From the NCBI GenBank assembly GCA_023334545.1, contig JAADVB010000038.1:38952-102951 (forward strand): a stretch of DNA of 64,000 bases, given 5' to 3'. Under the pieces are notes generated by a model that was not told the DNA's origin, searched no databases, and saw nothing but the letters and a program-made list of their open reading frames with translations. Positions within the stretch are counted from its first letter, which is position 1. Each line of letters starts with the position of its first letter. The position numbers were made by a program, and so were the translations under genes. This document shows positions 51,638 through 63,788 of this stretch, piece after piece. The stretch comes from Salisapilia sapeloensis CBS 127946 (taxonomy: Eukaryota; Protista; Oomycota).

Positions 51638-54600
51638 ATGGACAAGGCTGCCCCGGAGCTCGCTTTACGCGAGTTCTTGTTAGCCGTTGAGCACTCGAAA
51701 CGGTCTCTAGATACTCCTATTGTTGCACTTGCAGAATACTTTGCTTCCGGTGAAGAGAATGCATCTATTATCGCCGAAAAGCTACTCGAGTTCCATCCGC
51801 AGTGCGAACCATTGCTAGATGTTTGGCCAACAAAGCATGGAGCGAATACTCGGTGGGAGAAACGGTCGAGCATCGATGCTTTCTTGCAAGTGACTGCACA
51901 TTTACTGCAAAAGTTATCCGAAACGAGACTTGTGGATGCTGAAGCCTTCGCCTATCGTATCATTAGTGAAAAGTCCTCGAGTCTAGAGAAAATGCTTACA
52001 TGGAGTGACTTGCCGATCATTGAATTTAGAGTTATAAAGCTAATGACGACTATCGTCCACGTCAGCGATGCAACTGCACGTGAGTTCGTCCGTGTCTTTA
52101 ACTTCCAGAGCAATTCGTTTGTCAAACTAGCAGGTCGACGACAGAAACATGCTGAAACTAAACCGACTGAGGAAAATGAGGACAAAGAAGAAGAAGAGGA
52201 AGAAGAGCCGAAAGCTCCGTCGTTCCAAATTCGAGAAGCGTATGTAGAGTTCGTCATTGCTCTCGTCATGAATAACGACAAAAGTGTCCATCGCTTTGCA
52301 CTGCGTGATGGTGGATTAGTCTCCACTCTCTTTAAAAGCATGGATGGAGACACTGCCAAGACGTTAGACAGCATCTTTTCGACGCTCACTACCGCTGTAT
52401 TGGATAACAAGCAGATGGATATGCGTGCCAAGCGCTCGCTATTTAACAAACAGGCCGTGCAGCAATTAGTAAAGAACTTGTTGTCGTCGGAAGATGAAGT
52501 AGCACAAGTCACATCACACATGCTAGACACGTTATTCTTACAACCTCGTGCCTTGTTCGTCGTGTCGTCTGAGAAAGCGACAGGCATTCTTCTCCATACA
52601 AGCGCAACGAAAAGCACGTCGGAAGAAGGTAACGTAACGAACATGACGGCTGCTTCCATGCAAATGGTCCGTTCGACGTTGAATATGCTCAACTGGAACG
52701 ACGTCGTCCAGAGCTCATATGCACAAGCTTTTATCCTCCGTGTCGTACAGACGTATCCAGCTATCTTGGGTGACTACTTGAATACGCTAAGTACATTCAT
52801 TGAGCCAAAGGGCGACTTCAAATGGTTTGCAACTGCGACGTTTATCCAGAAGATGCTGTCGACTCCTATGGACAATCTTGTTCGTGCATTTAAGAATAAA
52901 CAGGAGCTTCCGACGTGGTGTACGGCTGATATTGTCGCGAGTCGGTTGATTGCACCGATGAACTGGCGCAAAGAGCTTTCCCGTGGCGTCCAGCACTCGA
53001 ATAACTTAGTCGTGTACTCGACGTTAGGTATCATATGTACGATCCTCGGTCGCTACAACGTTGTTGTAGCTAGACTACAAGCTGTTGGTGCTTCTGAAGT
53101 CCTCTCAGGCGTCGAGAATGGCGTTCGGGCGTTGTTACCGAGTGCAGAAGCATTGGTGTCGTTACTGACAAAGCTATGTGCGTCCGTGGAAGGCAGCGAA
53201 CTGTTGTACTGGCGAGCGCTGTCTGTCTTCCGAAGCTATCTCACCCACCTTCCGCACGCGACGCAGGAAGCCAAGGTAGACTTTTCCAAACTACTAGCTT
53301 GGTCCTTTTTCCATGCACCAAGTGACAAGCCGATCGTGAATGCGATTGTCGGTGAAATGCTTCACTTTCTATCGATCGTACCCCCCTCTCGTCTCTTCTT
53401 CCTGTACTCGAAAAGCAGTAAGGGGTCTTCTCAACTATGTCAGTTGCTCCACATGTGCGTCTCGTCCCCTGTGGTGGAGATCCAACGGCTTTGTAATCAA
53501 GTCTTGCAACGTGCACTTGTATCGTCCGGAGCGTTCGGACGTAGTGATAGTCGAGCAAGTGGACGTGCTGAGAAGGAAGTGAAGAGGTGGATGGAAGCGT
53601 TGCAGAAGGGAGATGATAAATGCGCCGAGTTGGTCGAAACTTTAGTCCAAAACGCACGTTCGGATCCGTTGCAGTACGTCAACTGGTTCTATCGCATCCA
53701 GACACAGCATAACAGAGGTACGGATGCTACAGAGCTCGTCGTTAGTCCCATGACTATCGCTCTAGTCAAGTTTTTGCAGACGAGTGCAGAGGAGGTTGCA
53801 ATCTCTGTCGAAGCTTTCGCCGTGTCTGTGCTGAATGTAGAGCTCGTGTCCTGTGATCGTCCGGAGCAATTGGCTCTAGTTATTGCTGGTGGCGAGACAG
53901 TGGGCGATGAAACGACAGATGATGGCGGCGGATCGAAGAAACGAAAGCGAGAGACAGAGACTTCTGCAGTAGGAAATCAAGCGCATGGGTATCAACAGCT
54001 ACGACACTGTTGCAATCAAATCTGTGAGTTTGCTAGTGAATCGACAAGCAAGAAATCAAAGGTACGCAAGTCGAAAGTTGCCTCCAAGTGGAGTCAACAT
54101 GCAAGTAATGAAGAGTTCCAGAAAGATTTGCATGCATTGGATGAAGAAACGTTTAAGAAATGTATCGTCGACATCCTGCATGACTTTTCTTCGACTAAAA
54201 GTCGGATGCCGATAGTCGAGACGTACCTATCAACTCGTTTCGATGTGGACGTTTTGGAGGCACATCGTCAAACGAATGACAAGAAAGAGCAGACTGCTCT
54301 TCGAAGAGTTATTAAGCAGATCCATTTGCCAGTGCTAGCTCAGTGCTCTCTTCTACGTGCGTGTGATAGTAAGAAGGTAGAAGAAGAGTATCGGAAGAGT
54401 GTCTTAGAATTGCATGACATGGTCTCGAGACAACAAAAGCAAAAGATACTGGAGATGGAAGATGCTGCTCGTATCTGTGACCAAGCGATCTTTGCTCTGA
54501 CGCAATTCGACTGGTCGAATCGATCGACAGAAGCGAATGCTAGTCTATGTGCTCTTCTCTTAGATGTAGGTCTCTCGGTTATCTTTACATCCGATCGATC

Positions 54601-57600
54601 GATGTCAGATGCACTTTTGACGCGAATGAAGAGGAGTCGAGAATACATTGTGAATGGCAGTGTCCAGGCATCCAAGAAACAGGCGCAATTGCAACGCTTG
54701 CTAGGCGTCGAATTGTGCTGGTTGCAGGTGCGTGGTGACGCACAGGCACTGCAGGAGATGTATATGGACGGTGCGAACGTCGCGATGGTTGCTACGTTGA
54801 GTAGACTGCTGCCGATCTCGTCTCGACTACGTGTCTTGGACTGTGTTCTACAGGAGGAACAGACAAGTCCAGTGGGTATGACGCTCGCGAAGCGCCTCAT
54901 TCAGTCGCTTTATGCCGACGGAAAAGCAGCAAGTAAGGATATGGAAAAGTTTGGAAGCAAGGAATCACTTCGGCAAAGAGTGTGGACACTCGTGTCGGAC
55001 ATGAAGGCGAGTGACTTGACGTCGAAAGAATACATTGGTATCCTCTCAGTCCTCGCAAGCTTAGGTGGTGTCGACGCTGCTACTTTATGCCAGTCGATCT
55101 CTTCGACTACTATGCCACTTGCTCTCAATGCGTCTTTAAACCCTTCTGACGATGTGGATGGAGTAAAAGTACTTCAGTATGTGCTTGCAGCTGTAAACGC
55201 GAGTTCTGTAGAAGACGGGTCGACACAGACACTTGTGGACTCGCTACGAGCAAGTCTCGATGATCGGATATGCAGTACGAAAGGCCGAGAGATGCCAACG
55301 TACTTGACGATGTACTATCGTGTCTTTGGCGCTCCTCAATCGACGGATCTGACGCTAGTAGCAAAAAGAATCACGCAAGAAGCTGTTAACTCGATTCTGA
55401 GTGGTGAAGCGGACAAGCTATCTCTGGACTGTGTGTACTTTGCAGCTCAGTTCTCTCAATCTAATATGGTGTCTCCGACACTTACGTTCCAAAAGTTGTT
55501 GGAGATCAAGGCTGACTCGAAAATGCTGACTCAAGTACAGTTGACGATTCTGCTGCTGATTGCTCGTAGAGGAGAATGGAACAGTTCTGATGAAGAGCTT
55601 TATAGTTTCATGAACTATCTGCTAGAATGTCGCTTCACTGCTGTTGATTCTTTCCTCAATGGACAAAAGGACAAGGCACATTGCAAGCAACTTTTGAAGG
55701 GTATAAGCATCTTACTGCAGTGCATCCTGGAGAAAGTTAAGGGTACGTATACGAACCCTACTGTGCTCTCGCTCGAGCGTATTCTAGATGCTATCCGTCT
55801 CTCGGATCAATTGTCCGAGTTCGAGATGATAATGCTCTACCTGAACGATGTCCTTCGGTACTCGAACGCAAAGAACTTGGTTGAAACAGATGCGGGTGAA
55901 CTCCTATCGACTCTACTAGACCACAAGTGCTTGCAGAGTGCGTTGGAGACGAAGACCACGAAACTCGTTACGCTCCAAGTGATCGTTCAGCTCATGCGAG
56001 TGACTGCAACCCATCAAGAGCGTGTCTTCAAGCTGTTGCTCAGTCTCTACTCCATGTCACTATCATCTTGGGACCGTCTTCTCTTTGGTATCATGCAAGA
56101 GCTAATCGCCGGGGCGGACGATCTGTCGTTTAAAAAGTTCAGCTTCCGCTTCCATGACCATATTCAGCCGACGTTGTCGACCAAGTCTGGGAAGATGAAC
56201 GTCAAGGCAGAAGCAGAGTGGCTACTAGGTGAAGCTCTCGAGTCAGTACGCATTCGAGCTACAGTCGATAACTTCCCGCTCGAGCGTGAAGTCCATGGAC
56301 AAGTAGAAGTAGATGATCTCCTCTTTGATGATACTTTATTGGTCGAAGAAGAGGAAGTAGAATCTTATGATCCTGCATTCTTACTCCCAATGCTCGCACA
56401 CTTCGTGACGGCTGCAGATGTATCGTCCACGAAATTTGTCCAGCAAGGTATGCTCGGCATTGCACTCCGAGCGACTTCATCCAAGGCGACTTCTATGCGA
56501 GAATACGGCTATGGTATCGTCGCTCACTTCCATGAAGTACTGGCAAAGGACAATGGTGAGTTCAAGGCTGGGAGACAAGTACACTTGGCACTCGATACAC
56601 TGCGCAATGGCGTTTCGCAATCTCTGGAGCAAATCCCTTCCATCGTATCGGTCTTTCTGAATGACGCTGCCTCGATATTATGTCGACCTGCACATGTCAT
56701 GTACCCGTTGCTCAACCGATTTTTCCTGTCGAAACCGGCTCTAAATGTCGCGGAAGTGCCCATGTTCTTCTCGCTTTTTAACAGCTACACGCCACAGACA
56801 TCTAAGCAAGAACGATCGTGGCTACTACATGTTCTAAGACGTGGTATGTGCGATGATACGGATGCAGAACTGCTCGGGCAGCGTCGTATCTACTCTGTCA
56901 TGATGAGCTTCTTTGCATCTGAGCTAGCGGATGTTCATGCGCAGTTACTAGTAGGTAGAATTTTATGCCAAGCTTTGAAGACAGTAGAGGGAGCAGCTGA
57001 GCTACTGGAAAAAGCCAGTATACTTGCCTGGATCGGTACGCAAGTCTTGAGGCTAAAGAACCGTGTCAACGCGACGATTCTCCCGCTGCTTGTCGAAATG
57101 CTTGAGATCGCCATGAACGCTATAAATGAGATCGAGATGGACAGTGAACAACAGCGAGCACTAGAGCTTCACGCCATCAATGCGTTCCTAGCTGTTTGTG
57201 AAGTCCCAGATGCGTCTCATGGCGACAGCGAAGAGTTCAAGACCAAACGAGCTCACATTGCGAAGACGGTAACATTTATCTAGTTTACTTATATTGTCAT
57301 GTAGCATTAACGATGAAACGTGTAGATTGTGCTTAACATGGCGCCCAAGTGTCCACTGTGGGTGATGCAGAAACTACTGGATGCTTCAGACAAGGATGTC
57401 GCACTCGCACTTGTCATCAACTTGGATGTTGCGCATCATCCAGATTTCAATGCTTCGTTCTGCCCTTCATGGTCGAAGTTACTATGCCAAGCTATTCTAT
57501 CAGTGAGCAATGGAGATGGCCACGAGTCACCTCCAAAGACTCGGGATACATGGACAGCAGCGCTTACAGCATTCCAAAGAATACTCGATGCATCGCCTGA

Positions 57601-57673
57601 TTTAAAAGTCTTGGTAGTATCGGACCTTCAGCGTGAGAATCCAGGCACCGTTGCATCCGTCTTGACTGCTTAA
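51638..57673 (+). CDS. URB1: Nucleolar pre-ribosomal-associated protein URB1/Npa1
   Basis: 1881-aa ORF with Npa1 N-terminal region (AREFVRVFNF, IREAYVEF) and NopRA1-type C-terminal region (SYDPAFLLPML, IALRATSS, MYPLLNRFFLSKPALNVAEVPMFFSLFNS, ERSWLL). In-frame intron 57269-57325 adds the 57326-57673 exon. Confidence 0.88.
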
Positions 57674-57831
57674 AGTAGCCATTCGAAAACGGGGTTTGTA
57701 TAAGTGCACGCAAATAGATTTCTTTCATCTCTTTCTTCGTCTCCATACTATTTCTAGTTCCGAGGCGTTTTCCGTTGCGTGTGCGAAACAGTGGTCATTC
57801 CAGACGCATTGAACAAGAGAATCGCTCCTGC

Positions 57832-60800
57832 ATGTCGTTCGATGCGATAGCAAAGCACTGCTTTGCATACAATGGCTCTCTTGTGAGTGTCGTCAATGAA
57901 GATACCATCGCTTATTCGTGTGGTAACACGATCCAATTTTACGATACAGTGTCGAAAACCCAAAGTTGCATCGTCCGGGCAGCTTCTCGGTCATTAGGAG
58001 CTTTCGACTGCTGTGCCCGTACATCTTTCGTCGCCGTCGCTGTTATTGAACCCCAAGCGGAATTACAACTCTACTCGTATCCTGATAAGAAGCTGCGTGG
58101 CAAACTATCCCTTTCATCTCCAAAGGATGATAAACAAGGCGCTAGGAAAGCCATATCTCAGAAGAGTCAAAGTACTGATATCGACGAGACTATCAACGAG
58201 TATGAGCTGCTAAAGTTCTCCAGATGCGGTAGCCGGATACTTAGCGTGAGCAAGACAACACCTCTTGGTCAAGATCCTGTTCGGAAGCTTTGTGTTTGGG
58301 ATGTAAAGTCTCAGCATTTGCTTTATGGATGCGCATCAAAAACTCTACAGCTTGGTAGAATCGCATTTGCATCTTTCGATCCTGAAAACCTCGATCGGAT
58401 TCTCATCGGTGGAGAGGATGGACTGCAGGTTTGGAAACTTTACAACGCTCAGGACCCCATTTCTGTTCTGCGAAGCGTTCAAGTCAAGCCATGGGACAAG
58501 AATGCTCGAGAAAACGCTTGGGTCTGCCATGCATGGCTGCCAACGGGCCAAGCTTTGGTATCGAACCAAATCGGAAACGTTTATCTACTTGGTGTGTCAA
58601 CTGGCCAGCTTGTGAAGCCACTTGAAAACGCACGTCACCCGGATGAAAAAGTTATTACTGCTATGTCGACTACCTCTGAATCGGTTGTCGTGGCATACGA
58701 CGATGGACTAGTGCAATGGTTTGAAGTTGAAGGAAACTCACTGGATTTGGAAATTGTGCACTCTGTCTCCATGGTGTCAGTTACTGGGACGGAGAATGAA
58801 ATGTCGATCAAGTGCATGCTGTTTTCGCCGTCTTATGCACATCTGTACGCCAGTACGCCTGACACCATTTTAAAGATGAAGAGCTCCATTCCAGAGGTGA
58901 AAGAGGCAGAGGTCGAACAAGAAGCAGAAGATGCATCAGTAGTGTTGGCGGAAGACACTTCGAGTACAACTCCACCGAAGCAGAGCGATGCAGTATTGCC
59001 AGATGAGCCAGAAGAAGTGAAGCTTGAAACTGAAGAGGAAGCTCAGGAAGAAGATACTTTTATCCAGAAGCTGGCAGTATCGCCACGTAATGAAATCTTT
59101 GCGACTAGCACGATTACGCCGTGTGGAGGAGTTTTTGGCGAAGACACTTATGTTGTGTCAGGAGGTATCGATGGCCAACTATTCGCGTGGAATCTACGTT
59201 ATGGCAAAGGGATTGAACCATATCCTCTAGCAGATATATTTTCAAAGTCGGTTCTGATGGAGTCTGACCCCGAGGAAATTGAAGAAGTTGAGAAACAGGT
59301 AATCGTTACAAGCATATCGAGCGTCTCAGCGGATCCAATTCTCGGAGTTGGTGATCATACGGGAAGATTGCGAATTGTGTGTGTAGCTAAGCAGGCGAAT
59401 GATGCTCAACCGCTGGAAGTATTGCCACTACATTCAGTTCAATTATATGACTATGGCCATCCACTGGATGTGTTGGAGGTGCATCCAAACCAGCCTTTAT
59501 TGCTTGCTGCGTCCACTCAAACTGCAACAGTATATATCATTTCCCTAGAGCATGAGATTCGATTCCCAGTTCTAGCCTTCTATCGTCTAAAAGTTAATGA
59601 TGAGGCCATTGTGGATGCCAAATGGTCTATATCGGCGCTCAATCGATCGTCTACGGTGTTTACAGTGTTATCGTCTTCAGGAGAGCACCATTTCGTACGA
59701 TATGTCCCCGATCAAACTGAATATATAAGTGAAAGCGATGACCTGCAAACTGTCGAATTAGTCGCGACTTCTGTAGTCAGCAATGCAGTGACGAACATTG
59801 GATTTACGTCACTCCAATTTTTACCAAACGCTCCGGTCTCAGTGATGCTCATGAGCTCCATCGACTCCACGGAGCTTGTCGCTCTCAAGTATAACGATGG
59901 GAAATCCGGCGACGTACCAAGTTTATCTTCGAAAGTGCTTGCTCCGACGGCCCATGAAGGAGGCATAAACTGCTTGGCAGTGTTTCCACGCCCATTTGCA
60001 AACAATGTTGAGCTAGTTTCCACTGCAGGTGTAGACGGTGTCATCACGTTTTGGCTGATAACATTCCTCTCGAGCGTGGCCTTCGATAGTGACGCACCCA
60101 CGTGGAAGCTAGAGGATGTTCAAATCACGAAAAAGAAATCGATCGCGATGCATACGGGTCCGATCATAGCTATGCAGTTCATTTTCTTGGAATCAGAGGC
60201 ATATCTAGTCACAATCGGCAGTGATAAGAGCTCGTTTGCATTGGAACTACGAATCGATTTAAGTGCATCTAGCGAATTTGATACGACTCCAACGAGTATC
60301 AATCCCTTGTACGTGAGTATTGAAGAGGTAGCCAAGTTTCAACATGTTTACGATCCTGAACAAGAAGCAGAGACGACCCCGTTCATGGACATTTATAATG
60401 CACATGTCGAGTCGAAAGCACATAGTCGCACTGACAAGGATAAAGATAAAACGAGAGCAGCACTAGCGGAGCTCGCAGAGAGCATGAAGCAATTGCTTTC
60501 AAGAAATGAAGACCTTCCTGAGGATGAACAATTATCTCGTGAAGAGTTTGTTCTGAACATGGAGTGGAAAGACACGGCTGTACAAGCGAATGGCGAGAAA
60601 GCAGAAGCCTATCGTGTCGAGCTGAATCGTGCGATCTCGAAGCAGAGTATTATTCGAGAGCGTATGAAGCGAGAGTTCTGGGATGACATGAAAGAACATG
60701 GTATTAAGCTGAGAGGACTATCTCCCTCGTCAACTGCCTTTGTGTACAACTTCCCAATACGGACAAAGAAGCAAGACATGGAAAAGAAGGCAAAACAGAT

Positions 60801-63252
60801 TCAGCTCCTGCGTATCATCGAGCACGAGCATCAACGTCAAGAGTCAGCCATGGGATCGTCTAACTCTCCATCTACCCGTTTTTCAAGTACGATTTCTTCT
60901 GAGCTACAGTGGATGGTGGATGCTGGTAAAGATCATCCAAGCATAGTACTTACTCGCACGAATTTATCGCCATCAGATGAAAGTCAAGTACCTGAAAAGT
61001 CTGTCGAGTCGTTGGAACCAGAAGATATCGTATACCATCCTGCTTTACTTCACAGTCGCAAACAACGCCGCATTCAGATTGAGCTTCTACACAACTACAT
61101 TCACAAGCTATGGCTCGCATATAATGACAAGTTCAAAAAAATTTCTCAGCTAAAGCGTACGAAAATGGATGAGATCGAATCAAAGAACAAACGCATAGCT
61201 GAAATTCGTGCTGAGTTGGCCACTACAGATAGTGCGACGGAAGCGAATCCGACTTGGGCAACGGATGAAATTGCAGCATCAATATTGGAGGTAACTGAAG
61301 ATGAAATGGTTGAAAGACCTTACGAAACACTGGCAATGCGTCGGCGTCGTGAAAAAGAGGAGGCAGAGAAAGCAGAGTTGGAGGCGAGTCGCCGGAAGGA
61401 TGATGCACCGACACGAGCCTTGAATGACATGATGAATGGAACGTTAGAAGTGACAAAGGAATCCTTAGCGACTGCTACATTGGAAAAAGAGACTTGGATG
61501 ATAGAAACACCTGAAGAGGAGCTTACGCCCGACCAGAAGTTATTGATTGCCGAGTTTGAAGCCAAACAGCAAAAGCTTGCAGAAGAACAGGACAAATACC
61601 GAAAAGCGCTCGACCAAGAACTGAAGAAACTACAAGCTGAAATTGAAGATATCATTCACGCGTTTGATCATGAACTCGTAGGAATGCAAAGCACCTACCT
61701 GGACGTTCGACGTGACACTATCGTCCAGCAACTGTACATGGCTCGATTGCAATCAGACTTGCTGTCATTTGAAATTACACAGAATAAACGTAGTGGCGGT
61801 AATGAGAAACTACCGTTGTTGGAGCAGATACTGAATCATACAGATGATGCCATTGACTGGTTCACGTCTCATGCTGAAGCTTTGAAAGACGAGTGGCAAC
61901 GAGCAGTAGAAAATGAAAAGCACTGTGAACGTACCTTTATGAGAGAGTTGGAAGAAGCAACTGGAGGTGTTAGTCTAGATGCTGATTTGGCCAAGCAGGT
62001 ATATGAGCTGTACAAAAAGCGCGATAAGGACAGTTTGGATGAAAACCAAAAGCCTGGGTCACGTGCTAAGCGAACCCAAGCCAACGATAGGAGCAATAAT
62101 GGGTCGCTGGTCGCTACTCAAAGAGGATCTCAGAAAGAGTTGTTGCTTTCCACGAAATCAATCGGTAGCGATCGACCTAGTCTAGATCCATTCCACCACG
62201 TTGATCACATTCGTGCTCCAGTACCAGTACATGAGCGAGTGTTTGCTTCATTAGACTATGATCATGATCGACCGGAAGGTTTGATCGTGGATGATCGTAT
62301 GTGGAGGGCGTTAGATGTACTTCGAACAAAGCGCTTGCGTGCGGAAGCCATGGCGAAGGAGAAAGCTAACCAAGTCCTCAAGGCTCGATCGATTGTCGAA
62401 GAGTTGCAAGGCCAACGAGAAAAGTTCGCTTTGGCTCGCGAGCAACACCTAGTGGAGCAAGATGAACAAGCCCGAAGACTCGAGTTTGTCATGGAGAATG
62501 CACCAGTGCTCGTTCATCTGAAGCAAGGACAGGATGAAGCCGCTGTGAACCCGATAGTGCTTGCGAGCGGTGATCCAAATGATAGCACTGACCTCATGGT
62601 GGCTCGCTCGAGTGTTGAAAAGCTGAACGCAGTGCTACAAGAGCATGGGCGTGAGCAAGTTGGGATTTTGACAAAGATCAAAGACTTTCGGAAGAACATC
62701 AACCTCATGCAATGGGAGCATGCTCTCTTGGACATGCAAATTACAGACGCGGACGAACTGTATACCGATCTACAGCTACTTCGTGTCACGAAAGACCTTC
62801 AAGAGCTCTTTCGCACAGGTGACACGTCCTATAAACAGCAACGCGAAATCAATTTGCTTCATTCCAAGTTGGAACATGTTGCCAAGCATCATCAAAAAAA
62901 GCTCGTGAAAATCGAAAGTGGCACACAGCAGCTTCGTCGTCAAGTAGTGGAGAGGCAACGAGAAAATAATGGGTTTGAAGAACAGGTTCGACAGCTTGAG
63001 ACAGATGTCCAGATTCGTGAAGACATCTTGGCAAGTCGTCAACGAAAGAGCTGCAGGGATCTTGGAGAGCCTACGGATGAACGTTTGAAAGCAATTACCA
63101 TTCGCCGTAAGCTCATGGACCTTGCACGAGCGCAAACGGACGAGATCGAGTACCTACGAGCTGAACTCGATCGTATGCGTCGTCGAACATTTCCGAGCTT
63201 TGTTCAGTATCAAGCGGAGACGCTGTACCACCCGCCTGACATGGCGCCATAG
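57832..63252 (+). CDS. CFAP43: Cilia- and flagella-associated protein 43 (WDR96)
   Basis: N-terminal WD40 repeats (IAYSCGNTIQF, VSGGIDGQLFAW, VSTAGVDGVITFW) and a long coiled-coil C-terminus with ILTKIKDFRKNINLMQWEH...DLQLLRVTKDLQ and ITIRRKLMDLARAQ. Inr-like TCATTC about 35 bp upstream. Confidence 0.88.
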   Translation: MSFDAIAKHCFAYNGSLVSVVNEDTIAYSCGNTIQFYDTVSKTQSCIVRAASRSLGAFDCCARTSFVAVAVIEPQAELQLYSYPDKKLRGKLSLSSPKDDKQGARKAISQKSQSTDIDETINEYELLKFSRCGSRILSVSKTTPLGQDPVRKLCVWDVKSQHLLYGCASKTLQLGRIAFASFDPENLDRILIGGEDGLQVWKLYNAQDPISVLRSVQVKPWDKNARENAWVCHAWLPTGQALVSNQIGNVYLLGVSTGQLVKPLENARHPDEKVITAMSTTSESVVVAYDDGLVQWFEVEGNSLDLEIVHSVSMVSVTGTENEMSIKCMLFSPSYAHLYASTPDTILKMKSSIPEVKEAEVEQEAEDASVVLAEDTSSTTPPKQSDAVLPDEPEEVKLETEEEAQEEDTFIQKLAVSPRNEIFATSTITPCGGVFGEDTYVVSGGIDGQLFAWNLRYGKGIEPYPLADIFSKSVLMESDPEEIEEVEKQVIVTSISSVSADPILGVGDHTGRLRIVCVAKQANDAQPLEVLPLHSVQLYDYGHPLDVLEVHPNQPLLLAASTQTATVYIISLEHEIRFPVLAFYRLKVNDEAIVDAKWSISALNRSSTVFTVLSSSGEHHFVRYVPDQTEYISESDDLQTVELVATSVVSNAVTNIGFTSLQFLPNAPVSVMLMSSIDSTELVALKYNDGKSGDVPSLSSKVLAPTAHEGGINCLAVFPRPFANNVELVSTAGVDGVITFWLITFLSSVAFDSDAPTWKLEDVQITKKKSIAMHTGPIIAMQFIFLESEAYLVTIGSDKSSFALELRIDLSASSEFDTTPTSINPLYVSIEEVAKFQHVYDPEQEAETTPFMDIYNAHVESKAHSRTDKDKDKTRAALAELAESMKQLLSRNEDLPEDEQLSREEFVLNMEWKDTAVQANGEKAEAYRVELNRAISKQSIIRERMKREFWDDMKEHGIKLRGLSPSSTAFVYNFPIRTKKQDMEKKAKQIQLLRIIEHEHQRQESAMGSSNSPSTRFSSTISSELQWMVDAGKDHPSIVLTRTNLSPSDESQVPEKSVESLEPEDIVYHPALLHSRKQRRIQIELLHNYIHKLWLAYNDKFKKISQLKRTKMDEIESKNKRIAEIRAELATTDSATEANPTWATDEIAASILEVTEDEMVERPYETLAMRRRREKEEAEKAELEASRRKDDAPTRALNDMMNGTLEVTKESLATATLEKETWMIETPEEELTPDQKLLIAEFEAKQQKLAEEQDKYRKALDQELKKLQAEIEDIIHAFDHELVGMQSTYLDVRRDTIVQQLYMARLQSDLLSFEITQNKRSGGNEKLPLLEQILNHTDDAIDWFTSHAEALKDEWQRAVENEKHCERTFMRELEEATGGVSLDADLAKQVYELYKKRDKDSLDENQKPGSRAKRTQANDRSNNGSLVATQRGSQKELLLSTKSIGSDRPSLDPFHHVDHIRAPVPVHERVFASLDYDHDRPEGLIVDDRMWRALDVLRTKRLRAEAMAKEKANQVLKARSIVEELQGQREKFALAREQHLVEQDEQARRLEFVMENAPVLVHLKQGQDEAAVNPIVLASGDPNDSTDLMVARSSVEKLNAVLQEHGREQVGILTKIKDFRKNINLMQWEHALLDMQITDADELYTDLQLLRVTKDLQELFRTGDTSYKQQREINLLHSKLEHVAKHHQKKLVKIESGTQQLRRQVVERQRENNGFEEQVRQLETDVQIREDILASRQRKSCRDLGEPTDERLKAITIRRKLMDLARAQTDEIEYLRAELDRMRRRTFPSFVQYQAETLYHPPDMAP

Positions 63253-63788
63253 AGTAAAATAAGCTCATCAAATTGATTAATACATAAGTATGAAGCCTTT
63301 AGACATGAATCATGGATTGCGTTTCCTTCTGCTTGGTCCTTTTGGTAGCAGTACGGACCGAGTCTCGCTATATTTACTCTTAACCAGCATCTAGCTTCCT
63401 CTTTTGGCTTTCGCCACCTAGCTTGATAAGAACTATATAATAAAATTCATTATCCTCCATGTCGCCAAGTGCTTTGGATAATTCCCTTGCGCGTCCGCCA
63501 GAATGAAATCACTTGGCCCTGCTAAAATTATCCACTTGGTAACCTGGACCATAAGTTCCATTGTCACGCTTCGGTTGGATGTAGAAATCGCGTAGTTTAT
63601 AAGGCCCATGCGAACACAAAGACGACCTTTAAGATTAGACCACGCTTCTCTTGAACCTTTTACGTGGCTGTGTCTGCAGTACGGTCGACTGACAATAAAT
63701 ATTTTAATGTGGATTCCTTCCACTAATCAATCCGGTGGTATCCGTAGCAACGTCTTTCAACGCCGTGCTTTGATTTGGCGTGCATTGA

